Source: the human T2T-CHM13v2.0 reference genome, Homo sapiens. Taken from it: a stretch of 64,000 nucleotides of DNA. The notes under the pieces are model-generated. The model had not been told where the DNA came from. It worked only from the letters and a program-made list of their open reading frames with translations, and searched no databases. Shown in pieces: positions 42,612 to 57,594 of the stretch. A program made the translations under genes and the position numbers. The stretch lies in NCBI RefSeq assembly GCF_009914755.1, contig NC_060934.1; one strand, 5' to 3'. The first letter of the stretch is position 1; every line of letters starts with the position of its first letter.

Positions 42612-45600
42612 TTATCTTGAGTGAGGTTTGAGAGTTCATGTCTTTTATAAATTTGCCATTTCATCTAAGCTACTGAATTTGTTGGCATAAAGTTATAAAT
42701 TATGTTTCCTTATTATCTTTTAAAAGTTTATACTATCTGTGATGATGTTCCCTTTTTAATTCTTGATATCAACAATTTGTATCTTCATTTTTTCTGTGTT
42801 TATCTAATTGACTTTTTCAAAGAAACAACTTTTTTTCATTTATGTTCTCTCTTGTTTTTCTTGATGTCTCTTTCACTGACTTTTGTTCATCATTTCCTTC
42901 TACTTGTTTTGGGTTTAATTTCATGTTAATGTTCTAGTTTCCTAAAATGCAAGCTTAGATATTTTTATTTTTTAATTAATGCAGTTAATATTATAATTTT
43001 CCTTCTAAGCACTGATTTAACTCCATCTCATACATTTTTATATGTTGTGTTTTCATTTTAATTTACACCAAAATATTTTCTAATTACAATTCTTATTTCT
43101 TTTTTGGCCCATGGGTTATTTAGAAATGTGTTGCTTAATTTTTAAATATTTGGGAATTTTTAAGACATCTTTTTGTTTTTGATTTCTAGTAACTCCATTG
43201 TGGTGTGAAACATATTTTTTATAATCTAAATCCTTTCATATTTGTTGAGATTTATCTTATGATCCTGGATATATTGGTGAATGTTCCTTCGCACTTTAAA
43301 GAATATGTATTCTGCCGCTGTTAGAGCTCTGTAGATGTCAATTTGCTCAAGTTGCTTGAAACCGTTATTCAAGTCACACATCTTCTTATTGATGTTCTGT
43401 TACTTGTTTTAAAAATTATCAGTAGAGGAGTGTTGATCTCTTCAACCATAATTGTAGGTTTGTCTATTTTCCCTCTTTGTCCTTGCTTCACATAGTTTGA
43501 AGCTCTATTATTAAAGATATAAATTTAGGATTGTTATTTTGTCTTGATTAAATGACCCCCTTATTACTGTGTGATAATCCTCTTTATCCGTGGTAAATTC
43601 CCCATTTTGAAGTCAATTTTTTCTCAAACTAGTATAACCACTCCAGTTTTCTTTTGATTGGTATTTGCATAGTTTATCTTTTTGCCAATCCTTTTTTAAT
43701 ATATGTATGTTTTTGTTATTAAAATGAGTTTATGTAAAATTAGATCTTTTTAAAATCCAATTTGACAATCTCTGCCTTTTAATTAGGCTGTTTAAACTAT
43801 ATTTAATGATGTTATTGATGCAGTTGAGTTTAGACCTACCGTTTTGCTGTTTGTTTTCTATTTGACCCATTTGTTATTTCTCCCGTTTTAATCTTTGTTT
43901 GCCTTTCATTGAATTGAGGATTTTATGATTCTATTTTATCTGTGTTGTTGGATATTAGTTTTTTTTTTATTTTACCTTTTACTGCTTACTTTAGGATTCA
44001 CAATATACACTCAACTTTTTAATAGTTACTTTAAAATAAAATTATATTACTTCATATATAGTATAAAAACCTTAGAATATAATTCCATTTAATTTTTCCT
44101 ATTCTTTGTGTTACCGTTATCATCTATTTTACCCTATGTTTGATATATGCATACAATGTTGATATAATAAACTGATTATTACATTATACAGTTATCTTAG
44201 AGACATTCAAAATAAAATAATATCTCTTGCATTTACCCATTTGCTTCTGTTTTTGCGGCATTTTCCTTTTCCTACTCCTTTTCTTTTTTTCCTTCTGTTA
44301 AATTGTATAGCCACATGTGTGTCTAGTATCATTTTTCATTTATTTAAGTCACGTAACATTTCTCATAGTGTGAGTTCTGCTGGCATTGAATTCTTTCAGA
44401 TTTTGCTTATCTGAGAAAACAGTTGATTTGTCTTGTTTTTGAAGGCCATTTTTACCATGTGTAGAATTCTGTTTTCCTTCCTCCCTTCTTGCAGTACTTT
44501 AAAGATACCATCCTTTTTTTCTGACTTGCATAGTTTTAGACAAGTCAGCTATCATTCTTCTCTCTGTTCCTTTGAAAATTTTTTTCTATTTGCTTTGAAG
44601 ATTTTCTCTTTATTATTACTTTTATTAGTTCAGTTAATATGTACCTAGGTGCATTTTTTAACAAATGTATTTTTATGCTTGAATTTTTCAGTTTGTTGGA
44701 CCTATAGTTGGTTGTCTTTCATTAATATTTGAGGATTCTTGATGATTATCTCTTCAAATACTTCTTTTGCCTTGTTTTCTTTCTCTTCTCCTTCTGGAAT
44801 TTCAATGTTGTGTTTTTTATATCATTTTATGTTCTACAGCCTTTAGATGCTCTGTCATGTGGGTATATTTCCTTCTTTTTTTTGTTATTTTCTATTGAGC
44901 GATCTTCAATTTCACTGATTCTTTCTTATACTCTTTCCAGCCTTCTGATAAACCCATTTAAAGGATTCTTCACATTTGATATCATGTTTTTCATTTCTAG
45001 TACTGCAATTAGACTCTTTTCGAGTTTCCATCTTTCTTTTGAAATCTGCACATGTTTATCCATATTGTACACCTTTTCCGCTAGATCCCTTAATAATAAC
45101 TATTTTAAAGTCTCTTCTAATATCTAAGCCATCTCCTTGTGTGAATCTGTTGACTTCTTTAAGATTTGACAATGGATCACTTCAGACAGCATCTTTCTTG
45201 CTTTTTTTAGTGAATCTTGTACAATTTTCCAGGCATTTTGTATGAAAGAATAGTAGAGCTGAGGCAGACAGTATTTATGCCTAGAAATGGGCATACTGCT
45301 TCTGTTTTCAGCTAATTAGCATTAAGTCAGTGTAATCAGGAGTTGAACTGGGTCTGAGTTTTGCTGTTGTTATTGTTACCACTAGTGCAACACACACTTT
45401 AAATTACTCCAGTACTGCATTGCTTCCACCTTGTGCTTAATGTAAGGCCTTAACATAAGGCCTACAGTACCTGCAGTATCAGTGTTCCTGCTCCACCCAG
45501 CTTTCAGCAGGTTCAACATACTACACCATAGACTATTCCTCTCTCGCTGCTCCTTTTCTTCCCATAGTTTGATTGCTGTTGTTTACAGCTCAGTGCAAGT

Positions 45601-45735
45601 CTTATGGTGGGAGGAGGGGGGAGTCTTGGTTGTCCTGTGATAGCCTCTGTCTTAATCAGGTCCTGTGTTTTAGAACCTCAGGGGTAGAGTTTTCTTAATA
45701 ACTCTGCCCTTCCCCCAGTGGGAATAGACCTCTGA

Positions 45736-46158
<423 letters not shown>

Positions 46159-47119
46159 TTGAAGGAACAGCTTTTCTATCCTACAGCCAGTGGCAACTGG
46201 CATTTGTCTGAGACTGCGAGGTCAGAGGAATGCCAGTGAGGGAGAGCTACTCAGATGTCTTGTCCTTCACTCAGTCTTTCTCCTGGGCACCTATTAGAGG
46301 CCTACATAAAAGAGCTGGTTAGTGGATGTGGGCTTTCCTTGTGTTTGGGACTCCCAGGGGTATTAAACTGTCATGTAAACCTACAGTTAACCTTTAAGAA
46401 TTTGTTAAACTTTCAGTTGTTTTTTTATTACCAGATTTTATAGTTGCTACCTTTTCTCTCATGTTCTGCAGAAGGCAAATGGCTTCTGTGTTCCCATCTC
46501 TGCTCTCAGAGGGGTTCACTACTCTTTGGAACTCAGTTTACCTGATTGCCTTTCAATTCCAACTGTCTGCTGAGCTTAAAACAGTTATTGTTTTTAGATT
46601 ATCCCACTGGTTTTGTCGTTGTTAGAATGGGAATGATGTTCCTTTGTGACTTCCCACATCTTAAGCAGATGTGGAATGCTCTATCCGTATTAAACTGTGT
46701 ATGTACACTTCTCAAATCTTCCTTGAATTCTAAAAGGAAAAAAAATGAATGCTTCCATAAGATTTACTCACACGTTCAACTAATTGTATACCAGTTGCTT
46801 AATTTTTTTAAATCACTTTGGGAATATAAAGAATAATATAGAAAATCCACTCCAGAAAAATGGATATTTGTTCATTCAGACACAATTTTTAATATAGCTT
46901 AAAGTGATTCCATTCCAATTCCAAGAAGAAGGGTCTTGGTAAATATAAAAAAAGGAGAGAGCCTACTGTCATCATGCTGGCTGATTCATTCAAATATTAG
47001 ATAATTTTTGCTTTTTTTTTTTTTCCTGGTTCACTTATTTTCTGTTACCATGATTCCTGGTTACTTTGTTAAGAGGGCTGAAAATGCCTTGAAACAGTGG
47101 AGTGCAGCAGAATATACTG

Positions 47120-47255
47120 GAAAGTGTCCTTGAGCTTGGAAACAGGAAAACTTGGGTTTAATCTTGGGTCTTTCACTAGCTAATTGTTTGCCTTTTGGTA
47201 AAGCTCTTAATCTTGCTATTCTTCAGCTTTATTCTCTGTAAAATGGGGACATTGA
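47120..47255 (+). mobile_element. MIR
   Basis: cttgggtttaatcttgggtctttcactagct...cttcagctttattctctgtaaaatgggga. Confidence 0.65.
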
Positions 47256-47404
47256 GGGAGCAGAATCTTCAAGCATACAGGAGACAAGAATTGGGTCAAA
47301 GCAAGCATATATAATTTGTTATTTATTTAGCCTTATCATTGTAATTGAAAGGCTACTAAGGCAACAATTATAAGACCAGTCTCAGAATGCTGCCTGTATT
47401 CTGA

Positions 47405-47583
47405 TTACACACACACAAGCGTGTGTGTGTTTCATACATACATACATATATACATATACATGCATACATATATATACACATATACATATATATGTATGTA
47501 TATATACGTATACACATATACACATATACACATATATACACATATAGACACACACATATATATACACACACACATATACACAC

Positions 47584-47631
<48 letters not shown>

Positions 47632-47662
47632 GGGGAGAGAGAGAATAAGAATGAGAATGAAT
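47405..47662. repeat. Compound (CA)n/(TA)n/(CATA)n microsatellite plus GA-rich tract
   Basis: About 230 bp of almost uninterrupted alternating purine-pyrimidine sequence. Confidence 0.95.
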
Positions 47663-47935
<273 letters not shown>

Positions 47936-48024
47936 TTTACACACATATTTTTTACCTTTGCTTATTATCCTCTGGAATCTAGAGTTTTTATAGCATGTTG
48001 GATAAAGAGAAACAGCTTTGATAT

Positions 48025-48225
48025 TACTTTGCTTAGTTTGAATCTTGGCTCTACTGACTGAACTAGGGTAAATTACTAAGCAACTTTGTCTCAATTTTTC
48101 CATCTATACAATGAGGATAGTAATGGTACCCTCCCCACCCATGGCAAGCTGTGAGGATGAAAAGAGATAATGCATATAAATTAGTAGCATAATGCTGAGC
48201 TCATAGTAAGTGCTCAGTGTATTGA
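48025..48225 (+). mobile_element. MIR
   Basis: gtttgaatcttggctctact...gtctcaatttttccatctatacaatgaggatagtaat...catagtaagtgctcagt. Confidence 0.8.
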
Positions 48226-49122
48226 AACTATCTTTTTCACTTAAAATTACATAAGTGTTGTTTCACATTTCTATGTAATCTTTATAATTGTCCTTTTTAT
48301 GTCTGGACAGTAGTCTATAGTGCAAATGCAGACCACTTTGACTCATTTACGTTTTGTTTGACAGGCTAGTTCCAGTTTTGGGCCATTCAAGATAATACTA
48401 TTATAAACTTTTTTTTTTCCCCCCATATAGTATGCTTTTTGCTTTAGTTTACTGCTTCCTTTAGAAAAACCCTTGGAATAGTATTCTGGGTAAAGAGAAG
48501 GAACCTTGACATGGTCTTGCTGCATATCCAAGCATATATCTTGGACTCACAGTAGAGTGGAGAAAGGTATTACCCTCTATCTCTGATTCTCCTGGGGACC
48601 AGAAGATACTCATTGCTTGTTTTATTTCTTTGAAAGAGACACCTTGTCTGTTCCTCTTTTGGGTGAACTGTCCTGGCCTTTCCTACTTATTCCTAATGGC
48701 TCATGACTCACGCCCATCACCCATCTCAGTGGTTCTGAAAAAATTGCAAATCTCATTTTCATGTCAGCTGCTTCTGCTTGGGATCCCCTCAAGAAGGAAA
48801 GCATCCTGGTGTGGGCTGTGGGGTGCCTATTCTGCAGCTCTCTCCTTATTTGGCTCAGCTGAAAGTGCATGTTTTCTGGGAGAGACTGGTTTGGAGCTGC
48901 TTAAAAGTTTTCCAGCTAGTGAGAGAAGCAGGCCTCAGTGTCCCCTGCCTAAGGGATCTTGTTTCTCAAGCAGATGCCATTGCTTGAAGGTAAAACTTAG
49001 GGAAGACAGGCTTTCCTATTCCAATAGTCCCAGCCTCCAATGGCTACTTCCACCACAAGACCTGTTCATTCCCTTCCCCTGCCATCTCCTCTCAGGGTCT
49101 TGCTCTCCTAGCCATCTCACTC

Positions 49123-49498
49123 TGTATACTTGTTTGCTAGGGCTGCCGTAACCAAATACCAAAGATGGCATGGCCCAAACAACGGAAACTTACCTTCTTA
49201 CAGTTTTGGAGGCCAGGAGTCCAAGCTCAAGGTGTAGGCAGGTCTGTTTTCTTCTGAGGCCTCTCTCCCTGGCTTGCAGATGGCCACCTTCTTGCTGTGT
49301 CCTCACAAGACCTTTTCTCTGTGTGCCCCATTCTTGATCTCTCTCTCTCCTTATAAGGACAGCAGTCATATTGAATTAAGACCCTACTCTTATGACTTTA
49401 TTTAACCTTAATTACCTCATTAAAGGTCCTATCTCCAAATACAATCACATCGTGGGTTAGGGATATGAATTTTGGGGGACACAATGCAGTCCATAGTA
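49123..49498 (-). mobile_element. MLT1A-like solo LTR
   Basis: tgctagggctgccgtaac, ctgaggcctctctccctggcttgcagatggcc, atgaattttgggggacaca. Confidence 0.88.
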
Positions 49499-49818
49499 TT
49501 TCACTGTTTAGATTAGAGAAAACACACACATATGTACACACAAATACATGGTTTCAAGTTAGGCAAAAGGATCCAGTTTTGCGGGGGAATTCTGCCAGCT
49601 ATATTCAGATAGGACAGGAAAGCTGCCAAGTCTAAGGGAGTCAGATGTTTGGCAGGAGGTCACAGTGAGCCGAGGGCCTTGCCTGATGTTCCCTCTGAGC
49701 ATGGCCTTGGCCCACAGACATTGATCATATAGCTGTAATATTGAGCTCATCGATTGGATGTGCAACTCAGTTGGTTCTAAGTTGACAGTATTTAGGGTAG
49801 GCAATACTTATTTATTTA

Positions 49819-50154
<336 letters not shown>

Positions 50155-50156
50155 TA

Positions 50157-50460
50157 TTTACTTATTTATTTATTTAGAGACAGAGTCTTGTTCTGTCATG
50201 CAGGCTGGAGGGCAGTGGCACGATCTTGGCTCACTAAAACCTCTGTCTCCTGGGTTCAAGCAGTTCTCCTGCCTCAGCCTCCTGAGTAACTGGGATTACA
50301 GGCACCCACGACCACGCCCAGCTAATTTTTTCTATTTTTAGTAGAGATGGGGTTTCACAATGTTGCCCAGGCTGGTCTCAAACTCCTGAGCTCAGGTAAT
50401 TCACCTGCCTGAGCCTTCCAAAGTTGCTAGGATTATAGGCGTGAGCCACCATGCCTGGCC
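50157..50460 (-). mobile_element. AluS (Sx/Sz-like) whose tail continues at 49807-49818 beyond MADE1
   Basis: TSD agggtaggcaata(c/t)tta at 49794-49810 and 50462-50478. Confidence 0.95.
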
Positions 50461-51477
50461 AAGGGTAGGCAATATTTAAATTCATAGATGCTGTGAGTTC
50501 ACTCCTGATTTTTCAGTGCACAGCCATTAATTTGGGTTTCCCCATGGCCACTCTCTCCTGCCCTGTTGCCATGCCTGGAGAGCCACAGAGAACACAGCAA
50601 AGGCTTTGACCTACATCTTCTGAAATTTAGTGGCCTCAGATCACCAGTTCCTCCACGATTCTTCTCTTTTTTATCTCAAGTCCTATTGATTTTTCAAGTT
50701 CTTTTATCCCCACCCACCACCTGACATGGTTTGAGAGCAGGCTTTCCACCTCTCTCCCCTCTCAGATTCTTCCTTATCAGGACAATTAAAAGTGCTCCTT
50801 CCCTCCTAGACCAGGTGCACCTGTCGCACACCTGCCTTTTCTCATGGGCTTCTCCCCTGCAGCTTCCACATGTTTATTTCCTTAAGAGCCAGGTGGTGTG
50901 GGAGTGGAAAGAGATTTAGAGATCAGAGAAGGAGAGCTTTGGAGGAGGTGTGTCCTTTATCTAAAAGGCTGAATCTACAGGCTTTGAATTCCTCTGAGAA
51001 AAAAATGATGGGAGGGAGGGTTCTTATTACTGAGAGAATAGTATGCTCAAGCAAAATACTCAGTGAAAAATAAGCATCCTATTCAAAGAAATCACAAGCT
51101 CATGAATGGTCCAGAAAGCCACTTTGATCTACCTGCCTTAATGATTCTCTTCAGTTTGTGTCAAAATCATAATGTACTTGTCTTATTTTAGGAAAGCCAC
51201 ATTTGTAGATGAACACAGTGTATTCCTCTCTAAGGGGCCCTGAAATATTCCAAATACACTTTTCATTTGTAAAAACAAGTCATGGTAAAGTTAGAGGGAC
51301 AACGTGTGAGCTCTGTAGCTCCTTTGGGGGTGGAGGCAGTGGCACCATTAATGCCCTCATGTTCCTTGTTCATGATGGCTCCTTTACCTGGGCTTTTTCC
51401 ACTGAGGCCTGAGCGATGATAAACTGGTTTCTGAGAGAAGACCCAGGAGTACTTTGTCTTGATTTAATATCAACGGA

Positions 51478-51742
51478 CACTTTGGGAGGCCGAGGTAGGT
51501 GGCTCACTTGAGGTTAGGAGTTTGAGACCAGCCTGGCCAACATGGTGAAACTTCATCTGTACTAAAAATACAAAAATTAGCCAGGTGTGGTAGCACATAC
51601 TTGTAATCCCAGCTACACGGGAGGCTGAGGCAGGGGAATTACTTGAACACAGGAGGTCAAGGTTGCAGTGAGCTGAGATCGTGCCATTGCACTCCGGCTT
51701 GGGCGACAGAGTGAGACTTCATCTTAAAAAAATAAAATAAAA
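51478..51742 (+). mobile_element. 5'-truncated AluS
   Basis: cactttgggaggccgagg...cacttgagg...gaccagcctggccaacatggtg, A-rich tail. Confidence 0.93.
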
Positions 51743-52574
51743 TCGGAGCTTCCTGGGCACCCAGAAATGGAAAGAGAGAGATACAGGGGCTTTTCCAAGC
51801 CACACACTCTTCATGTGAGGCAGCAGCTTTCTTCTACACACCTCCAACCCCTCTTGTAATGTTTCTGAGAAAAGAATTTCTGTTAGTATAGTGCTGACTT
51901 CACCCACGGGCAGATAACATACACGCTTAAGGTGTCAGCAAGACAGACATCCCAATGAGGAATTCATTTTCTTTTAATGTCAATATCGATATTCATACAC
52001 ATGGGACGCAGAGGTAGGTACCATATAATATACATAGATCTTAAAATGAGACCAATTGCCCATGAATATCAATCTTTTCCTATATCTACATCTATCTACA
52101 TACATATATATACTGGAATGATGTGGGGTAGCAGTTGGGGCCTCAGAGCTTTCGTGTGTCCCTGAGGAGATAGGTTCCTTGACTATTGTAAACCCTGGGA
52201 TGGACACCATGACCACCTGCAGCATTCTTTTCCCTGCAATTACTGAATAAGGAGGGGAAAATAAATCTTTCTGGGGGGAAGCTTTTCCCCCCAGGGCCTT
52301 TTCCAGATGTCCTAGATGTCTCAGGGTGGTGTGACAAGCAGCTCAGGACTTCCTTGCCATTCACAGTGTGGAGAGGTGCCTGTCTTGTTGTGACAATGGT
52401 CAACCAAACACCCTCAATTTGGGTCCAGCTGGGTGTGAGTGTGACAGTAAGCACAGTGAGTTTGGAATCTGTTGAGTTTCATGATTTTTTTTTTTTATTC
52501 CTAGGCAATTTGCTAATTTCTAACAATTCCAGAAACGAATTCACCCTTGACTCATTGGGAAAATGTGTAGGATG

Positions 52575-52730
52575 TGAACTGGGAGCCAGGGAGTCCTGGG
52601 TTAAACTGTCAGCTCTTGCACTGGTCAGCTGTGTGAACTTGATAGTTACTTAATCTCTCTGCGATTCAGTTTCCTTGTCTGTAAAATAAAGCATAACATG
52701 GCCTACTTCACAGAGTTGTTAGGATGCCTA
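52575..52730 (+). mobile_element. MIR
   Basis: agctgtgtgaacttgatagttacttaatctctctgcgattcagtttccttgtctgtaaaa. Confidence 0.75.
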
Positions 52731-54339
52731 AGAAATGTTCTCTTCCCTCCCTAACCACCACCCTTCTTTTCTGAATTCCTTCCTCCTTTCTTTTCCTCCA
52801 TCCTTCCCTCAGATTCTACTGTTTCCCATACCAAATCTTGGTATATTTTTTGGGAAAGATCCAAAAACTCAGCTGGAGGAGGAGCACAGACAGAGCCCAT
52901 GGATGGGGCTGGCTGGGAGAACGCTACGGGCATGGGAGGGCCCAGCAGGCAGGGTTGTCTAGGTAGGGAAGGTTAGATCAGGATTTGGGGTCCTGCAGCC
53001 TACCGAGGGCAGAAGGCCTGGCTGTGCACCCCACTTCTTGTTAACAGAGTCAGGGGCCTCCTGGAAGATACTACACACCACTCATGGGTCACGATCAGAG
53101 ACTTCAGATGACTTTGACTGTGGGTGACTGCAGCAGGTGTTCAGAGTGGGGAGGGCCACTCCAGGAGTCCTGGAGTCCATCTTGTGACCCAACAGGATTA
53201 CGCCGAAGGGCACTTGGGAGAGTTGGATGGGGACAAGTCTCCTTCGGATTGTGTAGGACTCTCCAGCTCCTTTTCTGAAATTTCGGTTCTAATTTCTTTC
53301 TCACCGTTGCTTAGCCTTGCTCCAAATCCGCAGAATGCACTGGGAATATGGATCACATTAGAACCACTTGAGTGTCATTCTGATTATTTGCCACGGCTAA
53401 TATGGATATTTTTCTAAAGCAAGCTCAAAGGAGAATGAATGTATGTTCTCTCCAAATTAATTTGTTGTGAAAACAAAGTCACTTCAATTCCCTGGATTCC
53501 TTTAAATACTTGATCTTTCCTCCAGTTTTCTGGCCCTGGTCCTTCATGACCCATCTCTTTTCTGAGAACTTTTTCCTGGCTTAGAATCCCAGCCCTGCTC
53601 TGAATGAGGAAGAGGGGAGGCTGTCCCCAGATCACTTGGGAGGAGCCAATGGGAGCCACCCACCCCCAAGTCTTTTGAGCAATAGAGGCGCACGCCAAGG
53701 TCCTCAGCAGAGACTCTGTTTCTTAACATCTGTCTGAAAATAGCTTCCCTGTCATAAAGTAGGTCCCAAGGGGATTGTCAAACTGTCCAAGGAAACTATG
53801 TACATTTTATATATATGCATTACATATATAAAAATACATATGCATTATATATAAATATAAAACATATATAAAAATCATAAATTTTATCCATGTAATCTCC
53901 TGTATAGTTTGAATTTAGTTTGTTGGCTTTTGAAAATGAGTCATTTAATGTCAGCTGTTTTCTCAGATCCTTCTCAAACCTCCTTCTCCCACTCCCTCTC
54001 CAGCCTGGCTAGAGCCAGAATCAAAGCTGACACATAAGAGTATGTCCTGGTAGGAATTAGGGTTCGCTGGTGTTGCCCTTTCACCTGGCTTCCTGGCTGA
54101 TTGGTCATGGCGTAGATCAGGGTATTGTGGATATTGTGAATAATTTTTTCTTCTATCCTTCTCATTTATTTTAAATTATTTTACTTATTCTTCAAGCATA
54201 TATAAAATATTTGCTATATCCCAGATGCTGTGCTCAGTTCTGGAGGGAAGAGGGGTCTGAAATTGAATGTGGGTTGTGGCGTTGGCAAGGGCCTTGCAGA
54301 TTGGTCAGAGGGATAAGCTATGTTCCCAACATTACAAAA

Positions 54340-54555
54340 GAAATAATAAATGACATTTGTTGAGTTCTTACTATTTGCTAGACTGCATTAACTGGTTTTC
54401 ATATATGATTGTCTTTAATTTTTATAATACTCAAAGCATGTATTTTTCCCATCTTAGAGATGAGAAAGCAAAGGTTGGTGGAAGAGAATAGCTTGCTCCA
54501 GCTCCTAGGACCAGAGCAAGGATTTTAACCCAAATCCATCTAGCTCAAAGCCTGA
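54340..54555 (-). mobile_element. MIR
   Basis: acatttgttgagttcttactat...cccatcttagagatgagaaagcaaagg...ggattttaaccca. Confidence 0.7.
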
Positions 54556-54911
54556 TAAGGTAAAAAGTGATCAGTACCACAGTAGTGATAATTCTTTTAT
54601 TTCTCAGTTTCTTATCAAGAAAACAGGGATAGCCACCCTGCCATCCTCCTCACAGGGCTGTTGAAAGGATGAAAGTGAACATGAGAAAGTACATTGAGCT
54701 GTTTTAAGAGCCACAGGGAGGACCAGATGGCACTTTTGTGTGTGTGTGTTAGTTTATGGTTAGAGAGTCCAGGGAGAAAAGAATACAGCCTGTTTGACCT
54801 TTCCGCCCACATCAACTGCATCAGAATCTCTAAAGAAGTTGGGGGGCCCATGTGACGCCACGCTCATCAGCGGGGAGCAAATCCAGACCTGCCCTGTCCT
54901 AGCTATGTGAC

Positions 54912-55304
54912 TGCTATGGTTTGACTGTTTACCCCTCGAATGTCATGTTGAAATTTGATCCCCAATGTTGGAGGTGGGGCCTCATGGGAGGTGTTTGGGT
55001 CATGAAGGTGGGCTTCTAATGAGTGTCTTGGTGTCATCCTCATGGTAACCAGCATGTTCTCTCTGTATGAGTTCCTGCCAGAGCTGGTTTGCAAAAGGAG
55101 CCTGGTGCCTCTCCTCTCCTCTCTTGCTTCCTCTCTCACCATGCTGGCTCTCCTTCCCCTTCCATCATGAGTGGAAGCAGCGAGAGGCCTTTACCAGGTA
55201 CCCAATTGTACAGCCAGCAGAATTGCAAGCCAAATATTAAATCTTTCTTTCTTTATAAATTACCCAGTCTCAGGTATTATTTAATAACAACACAAACAAA
55301 GACA
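54912..55304 (+). mobile_element. MSTB-like solo LTR inserted in a MIR (MIR at ~54880-54911 and 55305-55447)
   Basis: tgctatggtttg...gttgaaatttgatccccaatgttggaggtggggcc...ataaattacccagtctcaggta...aagaca; TSD gtgac/atgac. Confidence 0.9.
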
Positions 55305-55826
55305 ATGACCTTTGCCAAGTAAATTCTCCTTGGAGAGCCTCAGATGTCTCATCTGTAAGTCGGGAAAATGACACCTGCTCTTATAAGGATTGCAGTGACA
55401 ATGGATCATGCCTGTTAAGCATTTGGCATAGGATGGATGCCTACTCAGGGTGTGTTGGATATCCCTTCCTTCTTCTGATTTTTCCACCTTCCTGGAGTCT
55501 TGCTTTCTCTGTAGTCCATATTGCAGTCCCACTTTCATGAGGACAAGTTAGCAGCATATGCTAAATTAATTTCTGAGATCTTGGCTACTAAGTGTTTATG
55601 GTTTAATAACCACCTTCCTGGCTACTGACAGAGGAAAGAGATGGGAAAACACTCAGAATCCATAGGGATGACTCTGTAACATGGAACTCCAGGCTCTACC
55701 AGAGGTTGGGGAGAAAATCACCATGTAGGAAGTGGCTAACTCTAAGCCCCTGCTAGGCTACCTTCTGACCGTTTGAGAACATCCAGTACTTGAAACCCTG
55801 CACCTAGCGTTTTTGTTTCTCTGCAG

Positions 55827-56024
55827 TTGTTTAGCTCCTCTTCTTTCTGGTCTCCTTTGCCTTGATTTTTCTCCACTAAAAAGTGGAGGAAAAACAGAAG
55901 GAAACAGCCATCTCCCTTCAAATGGGCTGTGTTCACAGTTTCCATGGAAAGAACCCGCCCCTTGAAGGGCGGCAGAAGAGGTGTTAGAGTCTGACAAATG
56001 TCAAGAGAAATTGATCACAGGAAG
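55827..56024 (+). other. Candidate non-coding exon
   Basis: gtttttgtttctctgcAG acceptor and AAG|GTAAGA donor; stops in all three frames. Confidence 0.3.
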
Positions 56025-56849
56025 GTAAGATGCCAGGGAATCAATGCTGTCCCTCCTGGGGAGACACATTGGACAGACAAGCTGTCAGGAAGGACACGCA
56101 CAGCTTGTACCTTGTAGCTGTGTTTGGGGTAGAGGAGGGAGCCACCTCCATCCATCTTTGTTTATTCAACATCCTCAATGTGTGCAGTATAGCTCTCAGT
56201 GATATGAAGGGTACATATGTGATCTCTGGCCCCAGGAGCCCCAGACTCACCAAGGAGGCAAAGCATAGAACTCAGGAAACTCTTGGCAACTCATCTTGAG
56301 GATGTTAGGTTCTCAGCCAAGGTTCAGGAGACCCAGAGGTGAGTTCATCCTACTAGGCTCAGAGCAGCTTCCTGAGAGAGCTGAGCCTGATAGCCATAAC
56401 AGCAGGGGTGACTATTTTTTAAAGCCTGTTCACATCTTCTTTGCACAGAGTGAGACAAGTCAGACATGTTGCAATAAAACTCTGTTCATAACACTAGGGA
56501 AGGCTCATTCTGGTGCTTGGCATGCTAAGTGCTGTATGTCTGTCAGCTGCTCTAGTAAGTGTTATTATTTTGTTGTTGTGGTTTTCCAACCTTTTTGGTC
56601 AAAGTCTCAGACACCATGCCTGGGTGAGGCTGTCATTGCAGAGGTATACTGCTATGACTCACTTGAAAATCCTTTGATGGCTCTGAAGCCCAAATTTCAT
56701 TGTGGTCCCCTCCCCAGGAAATTGCTGCTCTACTTATGGACTTAGAGAAGTTACTCTGTTCCTGGGCTCCTGACGACCTGTCCCAGGTCATCACGGCCAT
56801 GCCCCTTGAACTGGATGCTTCTGCCATGCTGAGCTATCATGTGGGTCAT

Positions 56850-57197
56850 GCGTACTCATGCCTTTGCCCAGGTAGCTCCTTCTATTCCTCAGAATGCTGC
56901 TTCCTCCCACCGTGCTCCACCTGGAGGACACCTACTCATCCTCAAAAGCTTCCAGCCTCAGCCCTTCCCCTGCACCTCTGCACAGTCTCAGCAAAGAAGG
57001 CTGAAGTGCTCCTCCTTTGTGTCCCAGCACACTGGACACACACTTTCATCACAGCAATTCCTTTGCATCAATTTTCCCACCAGCCTCTAAACTCCTTTAA
57101 GGGTGGGGACTGGACCTTGCTCACCACTCTTCCTTCACCCAGCTGCTAGCACTGGCCTGGTCCATGGTAGGTCTCTACACATGTTTGTTGAATGACT
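56850..57197 (+). mobile_element. L2 3' fragment
   Basis: catgcctttgc...ctagcactggcctggtccatggtaggtctctacacatgtttgttgaatga. Confidence 0.7.
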
Positions 57198-57576
57198 AAA
57201 GGACAATGAGGGGGATAGAAACAGCACCAGACTGAGAATCAAGGGACATGAACTCTAGACCAAACTTGGTTGGGGAGGAAAATAGCTTTGTGACCTTGGC
57301 CAAAGCAGCCCCACCTGTGTGAGATTACCTTCACAAAAGCACTTGGGAAGTACACATAAGAGGTCAAGGTTCACAGACAGCTGTCTTCATTTCAGGGTAG
57401 GCCTGTGACCAATGTGGAGAAGAGCCAGGGGACATGCTTCTCATCATGAATGGAAACACACAAAGGTTGGCTTCATTCCAAATATGAAGCCCTCAAAGCC
57501 AGTAATTTAGTTTAATCATCTACATGAATTGAATGTTTAGTTCCGGAAAAGATGCACAGCGCCTGGAGTTTGGTTC

Positions 57577-57594
57577 CAGTGCCCCCTGTTGGCT
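57577..57594 (-). promoter_or_regulatory. Putative CTCF core motif
   Basis: Minus strand AGCCAACAGGGGGCACTG versus consensus GGCCASYAGRKGGCRCY. Confidence 0.5.

Noticed and set aside
55955-55975. ccgccccttgaagggcggcag as a CTCF site
   Set aside because: Poor alignment to the CTCF core; at most two opposed GC boxes
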